A model generated the notes under the pieces. The model was not told the origin of the DNA. It worked only from the letters and a program-made list of their open reading frames with translations, and ran no database searches. This document shows positions 39,559 through 48,229 of a DNA stretch of 64,000 bases, in pieces. The stretch comes from Chloroflexota bacterium (GTDB lineage Bacteria > Chloroflexota > Anaerolineae > Aggregatilineales > Aggregatilineaceae). Position numbers and translations under genes: made by a program. Where the stretch lies: positions 47,481 to 111,480 of the forward strand of contig JAAYCM010000129.1 of assembly GCA_012729765.1 (NCBI GenBank), given 5' to 3'. Numbering within the stretch: position 1 is the first letter of the stretch; every line of letters starts with the position of its first letter.

Positions 39559-42500
39559 ATGCGCTCCTTTTTTGATGCTGTTACCCGATTCTCACTCCGT
39601 TTCCGTTGGATAACCCTCCTGATATCTGCGGTGCTGGTGGCTGTCGGAGTTTTTGCCGCCACACAGCTCAATATTGCGCTGATTCCGTCGGTAGACTTCC
39701 CTTCAACCTTTATCCTGGCACGCAGCCATGGTGGCACCAGCGGCGATCTGATGCTGCAGACCTATAGTATCCCGATCGAGCAGGCTGCCGACACGGTCGA
39801 AGGTGTGATCAACCACGAGTCCAGCACCACCACCGGCTTTGCTTTTCTGCAAATTCGCAACGAGTTCGGCCTGGACATGACCGATCTACGGGCCGAACTG
39901 CGCGCCGCGCTGGATACGGTCGAACTGCCGGTACGCACGCTCACGGCGCCTGAAGGGACATCCCCCGCCGAGATGATCGCCGCCCTGCCCCCGGATGTCG
40001 TGCTCTACTTGCAGGTGCGCTCGTTGGACGAGGGCATTAGCTTTCTGCCGCAGCTCAGCCGCGAGGTGTGGTTGAGTTTCTCACCGGAAGTACTTGGCGC
40101 GTTGCCGGAAGGCACGCTGGACGAGATCGACCCGATTCTTGCCGGCGAACTCCGCGTTAAGGCCGTTGGGGAACCACAGCCTTTGCCGGATCTGGCACAG
40201 ACCGAGCCACCGGGGCTGCCCGAAAGTTGGCAGGCCGACCGCTTCGAGACAGCCGCCGATCTGGCCGAACTGACCGGCGTCCGGACTATGGCGGAAATCC
40301 TGAACGCCTTCATGACCAGCGGCGAGATCGCCGGCCCGCTGATGTACGTCTCCGATCTCACCGAGGCCGATCTGGAATTGATCAAGGCCGTCTCCGAGAG
40401 CTGCCGCACGTTCAACCAGACCGAAAACGGCGATGGTGAGGACGCAGCCGAAGAAGCCGCGATATGCTCAATGCTGACCTACCTGGATGGTGACGCCCTG
40501 GCGGCGCTGATCACCCACTTCGATCTGGCAGACGGCGATCTGGCAGCAGCGTTGGGCCTGCCGGCTGACTACTTCGATCAGCTTGGGCAGGAAGACCGCA
40601 GCCAGCTTGCCACCGGCGTGATCGCTTCGCTGCTGAGCGACGAATCCGCCCCGCGCGATGTGCTGCTGCCGCCGGAATGGCGTCTGGAGCCGCCGCGACT
40701 GATCACCTTCAGCCTGGCCGATATCCCACTCGGTATCATCAGCATCAGCGCCGATGAATCAGAACTTTCGCGCGAAGAGCTGCGCCAGTTGGTCGAGAAC
40801 GAGGTCATTCCACAGCTTGAAGCGCTCGATGCGGTGGCCGACGTAGCCGCCCAGGGTGGTGAGCGCATCCGCCCCGATCTGCTCAATGCTGCGCTGGCAG
40901 CCGAAGGACTGGACGAGCGCATACCTGAAGATGAAGTTGCCAGCACTGCTGAAGCGGACACAGGCGAAGCGGATGCGATGGCGGAAGAACCCGCCGGAGA
41001 ATCGGAAGCAGCCCCTGTCCAGCGGGAAGAAGGTCCGGCGCTGCCGGCAAGCTGGCGTGCCTTTGCCACTTCACTGCCCGGCGTCGAAGAACTGGACACG
41101 GCTGATGACCTGCTCCAAATTCAAGGTATGCCCCCCTCTGCCCTGCTCAATCAGGCCGTGACGATGGCTGCCGAGAATGAGGCAGTCGCGATGTTTGTCA
41201 ATCGCGCTCTGACCGACCTCTCGCCTGAGGTGCTGCTCTATCTGGCCGAGCACGAGGAAGGCTTCTTTGATAACCTCGCGCTCGAAGTCCTGCAGGCGCT
41301 CGCACCGGAAACGCTCAGTGCCCTGCCGGATGACGTGCAGGAGCGCGCCAGCGCCGAGCCGGCTCCACCGCTAAGCGAATTCTGGCAGCGCCTGGGCCGC
41401 AAGCCGGAACTCGGCGGGGCAGGACTGACAACCGCCGCCGATCTGCTCGTGCTGGACGGCGGACCAGCCAGCGTGCTCAATCGCATCGTGATCGAGGCGC
41501 CGGACGTCGTGCGCTTCTATGCCGTCCAGTTAGTAAATTCGCTCTCGCCCGACGCGATCAGCTATCTGGCCGCCAATGACGCGGATTTCCTGGGCGATCT
41601 TGATCCCCTGGCCTACTGCTATTTTTCGGTTGAGGCGCTCAATCTTGAGGATGTGCGTGCCGTCTGGTCCGATCAAGATTGGGTCTGTGGCGAGACGCCG
41701 CTGCTCGACATCGCCGAGGGCCATGCCCCATCTGCCGTGCAGACATTGAACAGTGGGACGGAACAGGCCGAGGAACGCGTTCACGATCCTGATGCCCCGG
41801 CCCTGCCCGCCAGTTGGTCCGGAATCGCCAGCTTTGTCGGCGCACAGGAGTTGAACACCGCCGACGATCTATTCTATGCGACCGGCAGCAATGGGGAATA
41901 TCTCACCCCGTCGGCCCTGCTCAACAGCTTCGCCAGCCCCGACGGTGCGCCGTTTGTGCGCGCACTGACCGCCGCCCCGCTGCTGTATGTGGCCGACTGC
42001 GACCAGGGCCAGCTCTGTGAGAAAGGCTTCTTTGATAACCTCACCGACGAGCTGCTGCTCCTGCTCGCGGATGAAGCCGCCGCCGGATTGCCCGACTCTG
42101 TCCAGAGCCGGCGTGAAACAGCCCGGCGCGGTATCTACACGCCAGTTGACTCGGTCACGCGCACCAACGGCCAGAACAGCTTGCTCCTCAACATTGTCCA
42201 GGAAGGCGACGCGAATACCGTCTCGGCCTGGGGCGATGTGGAAGGGGTTTTGCACGATCTCGAAACACGCCATCCGGAGATTGATTTCGAGGTTGCCTTC
42301 GAGCAGGCAAGCTATATCGAGGAGTCAATCAACGGCGTTGCGCGCGAAGGTGGCCTGGGCGCGGTGATGGCCGTCATCGTGATCCTGATCTTCCTGCACT
42401 TCAGCATCCGCAGCACGCTGGTGACGGCGATCAGCATCCCGACATCGGTTGCGCTGGCGTTCATCCTGATGAAATGGGTGCCAGGCAACGTGCACGACCT

Positions 42501-44304
42501 GCTCTACCCGCTCAGCCAGGATGCCACCGGGGTCGCCGCCAGCATTCTGACCTTCATCCTGCGCCTGTTTCCGGAAGATGTCAGCCTCAATATCATGACG
42601 CTCTCCGGCCTGACGGTTGCGATTGGCCGCATCGTAGACGACTCCATCGTCGTGCTGGAAAACATCTACCGCAACATCCAGGCCGGCGAAAACCGGCGCG
42701 AGGCGATCCTGCACGGCACACGTGACGTGTCGGTGGCTATCTTCGCCGCGACAATCACGACGGTTGTTGTCTTCCTGCCGATTGGTCTGTTTGGCGGCGT
42801 GATCGGCGCGTTCTTCCTGCCATTTGGTCTGGCAGTCACGTATGCGCTGCTGTCATCGTTCGTGATCGCGATTACGGTTGTGCCGGTGTTGGCCTACCTG
42901 TTCATCACCAAAGAATCCCTGCCCGAAGAGCACCACAGCCGCATGGAAGATGTCTATCGCGGCGCGCTGCAGTGGGCGCTGGCGCATCGCTGGGTCATCA
43001 TCGCCGTTGCGACGATCACTTTCCTGGCCGGTATGTGGCTGCTCACCCAACTCCCGACCGCGTTCCTGCCAGCTTTTGGCGAGCCAAGCATCACGGTCAC
43101 CGTCAGCCTGCCCGGCGCGATCGATGGGCAGCCAACCACGATTGCCGTAACAGACGCTAAGGTCCGCCGTCTCGAAAACTATGTGCGTGATCTGGAAGGT
43201 GTGGAAACGATTCAGACGCAGGTTGGCGGCGGCGGTCAGGAGAGTGTGTTCGTTAGCTCGACCACAATCTCCCAGACTGAAGCGACACTGACCATTGGTG
43301 TCGAGGATGCCGACGCGCTGGAACGCCTGACGCCAGAGGTGCGGCGCGAAGCCGAGCGCATCTTCAACGATCTTGATCGTGATGGAACTCCCGATGAAAG
43401 CCAAACGAACGTCACCGTCTCCGGAGCGTCTCTCAGCGAGCAGGGATTCGGTGGGTTTGCTGTTGTGGTGAGTGGTGATCCCAAGGACCCGCCGCCCCTG
43501 GCCGAGCTTGAGCAGTACGACGAGCAGATCGTCGCCACGCTGGAGAGTATCGAGGGGATCACCAATGTCGAGAGCAGTCTGGGACTGGTTTCAGGCAGTG
43601 GGGGCGACGTCTCACAGACCTATATCCGCATTGATGGCATCCCGGCAGCACGCTATACCGCCGAGCTGGAAACCGAGGATACACTTGGCCTGACGCAGGA
43701 TGCAATTGCCGAGGTACGCAAGCTGGACCTGCCGGCGAACGTGGTTGTGAGCGAAGGCTTCGAATCGCAGCAGCAGACTGAGGGCTTCCAACAGACGTTC
43801 ATCTCGATGGGAATTGCCGTCGTGATCGTCTACTTCGTCATGCTGCTGACCTTCGGCTCGCTGGTACACCCCATCACCATCCTGTTCAGTCTGCCGCTGG
43901 CGGCGGTCGGCGCGGCGGTCGGGCTGGCCGTCACGGGCCGCGTCCTGGGGTTGTCCTCAGTCGTCGGCCTGCTGATGCTGGTTGGTATCGTCGTGACGAA
44001 CGCGATCGTGCTGATCGACCGGGTGCAGACCAATCGCAAGATGCGTGGGATGGGGGTTGAGCAGGCTTTGCTCGATGGGGGGACGACGCGGCTGCGTCCG
44101 ATCCTGATGACGGCGATCGCAACGATGGTCGCCCTACTGCCGTTAGCGATTGGGCTGTCCGAGGGCGCGATCATCGCCGCCGAGTTGGGCACGGTCGTGA
44201 TTGGCGGGCTGTTCAGCAGTACCCTGCTTACGCTGCTTGTCGTGCCAGTGGTCTACAGCCTGTTCGATCAGGCACAGCGAGCTGTCGCGCGCCGACTGCG
44301 TTAG
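39559..44304 (+). CDS. RND-superfamily efflux/export permease (AcrB/HAE-like) with a greatly expanded first extracytoplasmic loop
   Basis: 1581 aa. N-terminal TM1 and porter-like start (FFDAVTRFSLRFRWITLLISAVLVAVGVFAA...IPSVDFPS). TM2-6 begin near aa 927 (GGLGAVMAVIVILIFLHF). The second half has typical length (TM7 WVIIAVATITFLAGMWLL, TM8-12 from about aa 1414, ending TLLVVPVVYSLF). Confidence 0.9.
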   Translation: MRSFFDAVTRFSLRFRWITLLISAVLVAVGVFAATQLNIALIPSVDFPSTFILARSHGGTSGDLMLQTYSIPIEQAADTVEGVINHESSTTTGFAFLQIRNEFGLDMTDLRAELRAALDTVELPVRTLTAPEGTSPAEMIAALPPDVVLYLQVRSLDEGISFLPQLSREVWLSFSPEVLGALPEGTLDEIDPILAGELRVKAVGEPQPLPDLAQTEPPGLPESWQADRFETAADLAELTGVRTMAEILNAFMTSGEIAGPLMYVSDLTEADLELIKAVSESCRTFNQTENGDGEDAAEEAAICSMLTYLDGDALAALITHFDLADGDLAAALGLPADYFDQLGQEDRSQLATGVIASLLSDESAPRDVLLPPEWRLEPPRLITFSLADIPLGIISISADESELSREELRQLVENEVIPQLEALDAVADVAAQGGERIRPDLLNAALAAEGLDERIPEDEVASTAEADTGEADAMAEEPAGESEAAPVQREEGPALPASWRAFATSLPGVEELDTADDLLQIQGMPPSALLNQAVTMAAENEAVAMFVNRALTDLSPEVLLYLAEHEEGFFDNLALEVLQALAPETLSALPDDVQERASAEPAPPLSEFWQRLGRKPELGGAGLTTAADLLVLDGGPASVLNRIVIEAPDVVRFYAVQLVNSLSPDAISYLAANDADFLGDLDPLAYCYFSVEALNLEDVRAVWSDQDWVCGETPLLDIAEGHAPSAVQTLNSGTEQAEERVHDPDAPALPASWSGIASFVGAQELNTADDLFYATGSNGEYLTPSALLNSFASPDGAPFVRALTAAPLLYVADCDQGQLCEKGFFDNLTDELLLLLADEAAAGLPDSVQSRRETARRGIYTPVDSVTRTNGQNSLLLNIVQEGDANTVSAWGDVEGVLHDLETRHPEIDFEVAFEQASYIEESINGVAREGGLGAVMAVIVILIFLHFSIRSTLVTAISIPTSVALAFILMKWVPGNVHDLLYPLSQDATGVAASILTFILRLFPEDVSLNIMTLSGLTVAIGRIVDDSIVVLENIYRNIQAGENRREAILHGTRDVSVAIFAATITTVVVFLPIGLFGGVIGAFFLPFGLAVTYALLSSFVIAITVVPVLAYLFITKESLPEEHHSRMEDVYRGALQWALAHRWVIIAVATITFLAGMWLLTQLPTAFLPAFGEPSITVTVSLPGAIDGQPTTIAVTDAKVRRLENYVRDLEGVETIQTQVGGGGQESVFVSSTTISQTEATLTIGVEDADALERLTPEVRREAERIFNDLDRDGTPDESQTNVTVSGASLSEQGFGGFAVVVSGDPKDPPPLAELEQYDEQIVATLESIEGITNVESSLGLVSGSGGDVSQTYIRIDGIPAARYTAELETEDTLGLTQDAIAEVRKLDLPANVVVSEGFESQQQTEGFQQTFISMGIAVVIVYFVMLLTFGSLVHPITILFSLPLAAVGAAVGLAVTGRVLGLSSVVGLLMLVGIVVTNAIVLIDRVQTNRKMRGMGVEQALLDGGTTRLRPILMTAIATMVALLPLAIGLSEGAIIAAELGTVVIGGLFSSTLLTLLVVPVVYSLFDQAQRAVARRLR
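39940..42130 (+). repeat. Acidic internal repeat modules within RND loop 1 (protein-level repeats)
   Basis: At least four copies of a module with LP(A/E)SW...(T/E)(A/T)ADL...PSALLN...LSP(E/D)(V/A).YL...FFDNL..E.L..L....LP(D/E). Examples: PGLPESWQADRFETAADLAELTG; GPALPASWRAFATSLPGVEELDTADDLLQ...LSPEVLLYLAEHEEGFFDNLALEVLQAL; LSEFWQRLG...LTTAADLLV...LSPDAISYLAANDADFLGDL; APALPASWSGIASFVGAQELNTADDLF...GFFDNLTDELLLLLADEAAAGLPDSV. Confidence 0.7.
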
Positions 44305-44337
44305 CACCCTGCCCTACCGCATTTCCAACCGCTCTAA

Positions 44338-44379
44338 AACAGAGGCGCGGAACCGAGCGATTCGCCCCGCGCCTCTGTT
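44338..44379 (-). terminator. Strong hairpin; reads as an intrinsic terminator on the minus strand and possibly also stops the plus-strand RND transcript
   Basis: Perfect 13-bp inverted repeat AACAGAGGCGCGG (44338..44350) / CCGCGCCTCTGTT (44367..44379) with a 16-nt loop. On the minus strand the stem is followed by TTTTAGAG. On the plus strand it is followed by CGAC, with no U-tract. Confidence 0.5.
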
Positions 44380-44664
44380 CGACTATCACACATATCCCAC
44401 ACTACAGCCTGAGGCCAGGTACTTTTACCGGAGACGAAGTGGGATAAAAAATCTGAAGAGCGCTGAGGATGAAAGTAGCTGGGGTCAGGCTGTAGCGCCT
44501 GAATGACTATACGAACTATAATCACGCTATCTGTACAGTTCGTGCGTTTGGTGTATCGCTGGGGGACAGCCCAGTCGCGCGCTGGCAAACCGGGCTTGCG
44601 CTGCACCTGGTGCTGGAAGTGGATTTGATACGGGGTATGTCATTTGCTTATTGACTACACGAAG

Positions 44665-45225
44665 TCATTCGGAATCCCGCATGGGTGCTTGCCACGTGCT
44701 CTCGCTGCGTCCCTCGTCTCGATTTCCCACACGCGCCGCCACAAACAGCCAGTCCGACAGCCGGTTGAGGTAGTGCAGCGTATGCAGGTTCACGTCCTCG
44801 GATTCTTGCAGCGCCACCAGCCAGCGCTCAGCCCGGCGGCAGACCGTGCGCGCCTGGTGCAGAAACGCGCCTGCCATCCCGCCGCCCGGCAGGATGAAGT
44901 TCTTCAGCGCGGGCAGCCCGCTTTCCCACACATCGATCTCGTGCTCCAGCCGCGTTACCATCGCCTCGGAGACACGCACAATCCATTTAGCCTCGGCATC
45001 CAGCGGCGTCGCAAGATCGGCCCCCACCACAAACAGGTCATCCTGAACCCGCACCAGTGCTTCATGCAGCTCGGACGTCAGATTTTGAGCAACTACCAGC
45101 CCCAGTATGGCGTTTAACTCATCCACCGTCCCGTAAGCATGCAGGCGGAGATGCGCCTTGCTGACTCGCCCACCGGCAAACAGGCTCGTCTCGCCCTCGT
45201 CGCCGGTCTTTGTGTAAATCTTCAT
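44665..45225 (-). CDS. PduO-type ATP:cob(I)alamin adenosyltransferase
   Basis: MKIYTKTGDEGETSLFAGGRVSKAHLRLHAYGTVDELNAILG and LPGG...AFLHQARTVCRRAER are typical of the PduO/MMAB family. ATG 45225 preferred over GTG 45231. Confidence 0.9.
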   Translation of the reverse strand: MKIYTKTGDEGETSLFAGGRVSKAHLRLHAYGTVDELNAILGLVVAQNLTSELHEALVRVQDDLFVVGADLATPLDAEAKWIVRVSEAMVTRLEHEIDVWESGLPALKNFILPGGGMAGAFLHQARTVCRRAERWLVALQESEDVNLHTLHYLNRLSDWLFVAARVGNRDEGRSESTWQAPMRDSE

Positions 45226-45235
45226 GACCACGCCT

Positions 45236-47458
45236 TTACTCTAATTCATTCTCATCTGCTATCGGAAGCATGACAAAGACAGTTGTTCCCTTGCCCGGCG
45301 TGCTTTCCAGACTGATTTCGCCAGCGTGCCGGTCTACCACCGCCTTGACCAGGCTCAATCCCAGGCCGGAGCAGCTTGATCGGGCCAGCCCTTGCTGCTG
45401 CCCACGATAGAAGCGCTCGAACACGCGCGGCTGCTCCTCGGTCGAGATGCCAACCCCGGTATCCCGAACTTCGATCACTACATGCCGGTTGCGCACAACC
45501 GCTGCGACGCACACCGATCCCTGCGGCGTAAACTTGATCGCGTTCTCAACCAGGTTGATAAACGCCTGCCCCAACTGCTGAGCATCGCCCAGCACCGGCG
45601 GCAGCGTGCAATCAATCTCCAGCCGCAGGTCCAGCCCTTTCGACTGTGCCTGGGCGCCCATCTCCTCGACCGCATGCCGCAGCACATCGTCTACCGCGCA
45701 TAGCTCATAGGCCGGTGTTCCGGCCTGCACGCGCTCCAGGTCGAGAATTCCGCTGATAATGCGGTACATGCGCGTGAGTTGTGCCCAGATGATATCCAGA
45801 TATTCGCGCATATCGTCGTTAAAGACCGCTTCGCCGTCCTCGTTGAGCAGTTCCAGATAGCTCATCGCCGCCTGAAGCGGGTTCTTCAGGTCATGGCTGG
45901 TCATCTGCACCATCTGGCTTTTGAGCCGATCCAATTCCTTAAGCTGCGTCACATCGTTGAGCACGGCCACCCACCCGACCGCGCGCGGCTTGCCCAGTTC
46001 CGCCACATGACACAGATAGGTGCGTTCCTGGGTGCCGATTTCGTAGACATGCACACGCCGCCGCTTCAGATCGCGCAGCGCCCGGCCCGCATTCTGGGGC
46101 AGATACGAGCGCGGCACACGTTCGATCAGCGGGGTGCCCACCGCCAGATCGTCCGAGGCGTTCATCAGCCCGACCGCCGCCGGGTTGGCGAACATAATCC
46201 GGAACTGGCGATCAATCGCCACCACCGGGTTTTCGGTGCCGGTCAGGACGATTTCGAGCCGCTCTTTGGCCGTAGTCAGGTCGCCCAGCAGGTTACGCTC
46301 CGCCTCGAACAGCCGGCTGTTGGTGATCGCGACCGCCGCCTGCGGCCCCAACAGCTCCAGCAGGTGCATGTCCTCACGGTCAAACAGCCGCCCCTGCCGC
46401 CCCTGGATCACCAGCAGCACGCCGACCACCTCGCCCGCAAACATCAGCGGCGCACCGATCACCGCCCCGAACGCTTTGCGCGCCCAGGGCATATCTTCCT
46501 CGCCCTTCCAATCGCGGTAATAATGCTCCACCCGGCGGCCCCGCTGTTCGACCGCCACCGTTCCGGCTACACCGCTGCCCAGCGGAAGCTCGATCCCGAC
46601 GTACTTTTCCGGCAGGTTATACACCGCTGCCAGTTGCAGCCGGGAGTTATTCTTGAGGAACATCGCCGCGCCGTCGGCTTCGAGCAGCCCTGTCGCCTGC
46701 GCCGCAATCGCCGCCAGCGTCTCTTCCAGGTGCAGCCGGCTGGTAATCGCCAGCCCGACATCGCGCACCGCCTCAAGCTGCTTGGCGCGTCCCAACAGCG
46801 GGGCCATAATCTGCTGCCGCACCACGCCATAACTGATTATCAGCGCCGCGATCGAGCTGGCGATCTCGGCCACACCCATCATGCGAAAACGCGGACTGAG
46901 CAGCCCGGCCATCTGCCCCAGCGCAAACAGCAGGATGCCGATGATCAGCGCCCGCCCCCGGATTTTGCGCCGGTCGCGCCAGACAAGGACCACCGTCGCG
47001 CCCAGAAAGGCCAGGTACAGCGCGACGCTGACCGGGTCGAAATCGTAGCGCAGCACGCCGTCCGCCGACACTTCGAACGGGCGCGGCGCGTTGCCGATCA
47101 GCAGCAGCACCTGATAGAAAAAGACCAGTCCAAGCCCGGTGAGGGCGACCCCGCGAAACCAGCGGCCCTGCACCCCCGTGATCACAGCGCTGTAGATATA
47201 AATACTGATGCTCGCGCCGGAGAATCCCACATCCAGCAGGCGCAGCCCCATCTGGATTGTCCCCGGCCCGGCGTTGACATACGCCGCCGCCCGTCCCAGG
47301 AATGAGCCGGACGCCCAGATGATCACCATGAACAGAAACAGGGAGAAGTAGCGGTTGGCTTCGCTGGTCGGGTCTTGCCACAGGATCAGAATCAGCAGGC
47401 CCAACGACAGCGTGAGCGTCAGGCCGTTGAACACCAGGACGGCAACATTGGGCGTCAT
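45236..47458 (-). CDS. Sensor histidine kinase (multi-TM N-terminal sensor, GAF, PAS, HisKA, HATPase_c)
   Basis: 740 aa. About 6-7 hydrophobic helices in the first 215 aa, then a GAF-like region, a PAS-like region, H-box MTSHDLKNPLQ, N box NLVENAIKF, G boxes DTGVGI and GLGLSL. Confidence 0.9.
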   Translation of the reverse strand: MTPNVAVLVFNGLTLTLSLGLLILILWQDPTSEANRYFSLFLFMVIIWASGSFLGRAAAYVNAGPGTIQMGLRLLDVGFSGASISIYIYSAVITGVQGRWFRGVALTGLGLVFFYQVLLLIGNAPRPFEVSADGVLRYDFDPVSVALYLAFLGATVVLVWRDRRKIRGRALIIGILLFALGQMAGLLSPRFRMMGVAEIASSIAALIISYGVVRQQIMAPLLGRAKQLEAVRDVGLAITSRLHLEETLAAIAAQATGLLEADGAAMFLKNNSRLQLAAVYNLPEKYVGIELPLGSGVAGTVAVEQRGRRVEHYYRDWKGEEDMPWARKAFGAVIGAPLMFAGEVVGVLLVIQGRQGRLFDREDMHLLELLGPQAAVAITNSRLFEAERNLLGDLTTAKERLEIVLTGTENPVVAIDRQFRIMFANPAAVGLMNASDDLAVGTPLIERVPRSYLPQNAGRALRDLKRRRVHVYEIGTQERTYLCHVAELGKPRAVGWVAVLNDVTQLKELDRLKSQMVQMTSHDLKNPLQAAMSYLELLNEDGEAVFNDDMREYLDIIWAQLTRMYRIISGILDLERVQAGTPAYELCAVDDVLRHAVEEMGAQAQSKGLDLRLEIDCTLPPVLGDAQQLGQAFINLVENAIKFTPQGSVCVAAVVRNRHVVIEVRDTGVGISTEEQPRVFERFYRGQQQGLARSSCSGLGLSLVKAVVDRHAGEISLESTPGKGTTVFVMLPIADENELE

Positions 47459-47486
47459 AGCGGCTCAGAAGGGGAGCGCCGCGCGC

Positions 47487-48185
47487 TCAGTTAACTTGCT
47501 TTTCGAAGCGGTAGCCGACCCGGTGCTCGGTCAGGATATAGACCGGGTTGGCCGGGTCCGGCTCGACCTTGCGCCGGAGCTGGCTGATATACACGCGCGG
47601 GTAATAGACGTCATCGACATATTCCGGTCCCCACACCTGCTCCAGCAGCTCACGCTGCGGCACGACGCGTCCCGCGTTCTCCAGCAGCACCACCAGCAGC
47701 TTGAACTCGGTCGGCGTCAGGTGGATTTTCTGGCCGTTGACATGGACATGCCGCCGCTGCAAGTCGACGCTCAGATAGCCATCGTTGTAGCCGGCCTGCA
47801 CTTCTGGCGTGATCATCTGCGACCGGCGCAGCAGCGCCTGCACCCGCGCCACAAATTCATTCAGCCGCACCGGCTTGACCAGGTATTCGTCAGCCCCCGC
47901 GTTCAGCCCGATCACAATATCCTCTTCGGTGATGGCCTGCGCCGACAGCATCATCACCGGCGTTTCGGCCACCTCACGGATGCGCTGGCATACCGTCAGC
48001 CCATCCATTTCGGGCATCACGATATCCAGAATCACCAGATCGGGATGGTCGGTATGAAAGGCGCGCAGCCCTTCCAGGCCGTTCCCCGCCAGCGTCACAT
48101 TGAAACCCTCGCGCCGCAGCTTTCGCCCCAGCGCATCCCGAATCGCCTGCTCGTCGTCTACAATCAGCACTTTCGTCGTCATCAT
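47487..48185 (-). CDS. OmpR/PhoB-family response regulator
   Basis: Internal ATG at 48185 gives MMTTKVLIVDDEQAIRDAL...DLVILDIVMPEMDG plus a winged-helix C-terminus (LTPTEFKLLVVL, EHRVGYRFE). The track start at 48458 overlaps rbsK and has shadow-like composition. Confidence 0.92.
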   Translation of the reverse strand: MMTTKVLIVDDEQAIRDALGRKLRREGFNVTLAGNGLEGLRAFHTDHPDLVILDIVMPEMDGLTVCQRIREVAETPVMMLSAQAITEEDIVIGLNAGADEYLVKPVRLNEFVARVQALLRRSQMITPEVQAGYNDGYLSVDLQRRHVHVNGQKIHLTPTEFKLLVVLLENAGRVVPQRELLEQVWGPEYVDDVYYPRVYISQLRRKVEPDPANPVYILTEHRVGYRFEKQVN

Positions 48186-48229
48186 GCCCGGCTCGCTCCC
48201 CACTCCCATATCACCCCGACACAAATGAT

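Noticed and set aside
44380-44664. Considered a cobalamin riboswitch because of the adjacent PduO-type adenosyltransferase.
   Set aside because: The region lies downstream of pduO, not upstream, and no gene follows it on the plus strand. I could not find a B12-box-like core. It is reported as an unclassified structured region instead.
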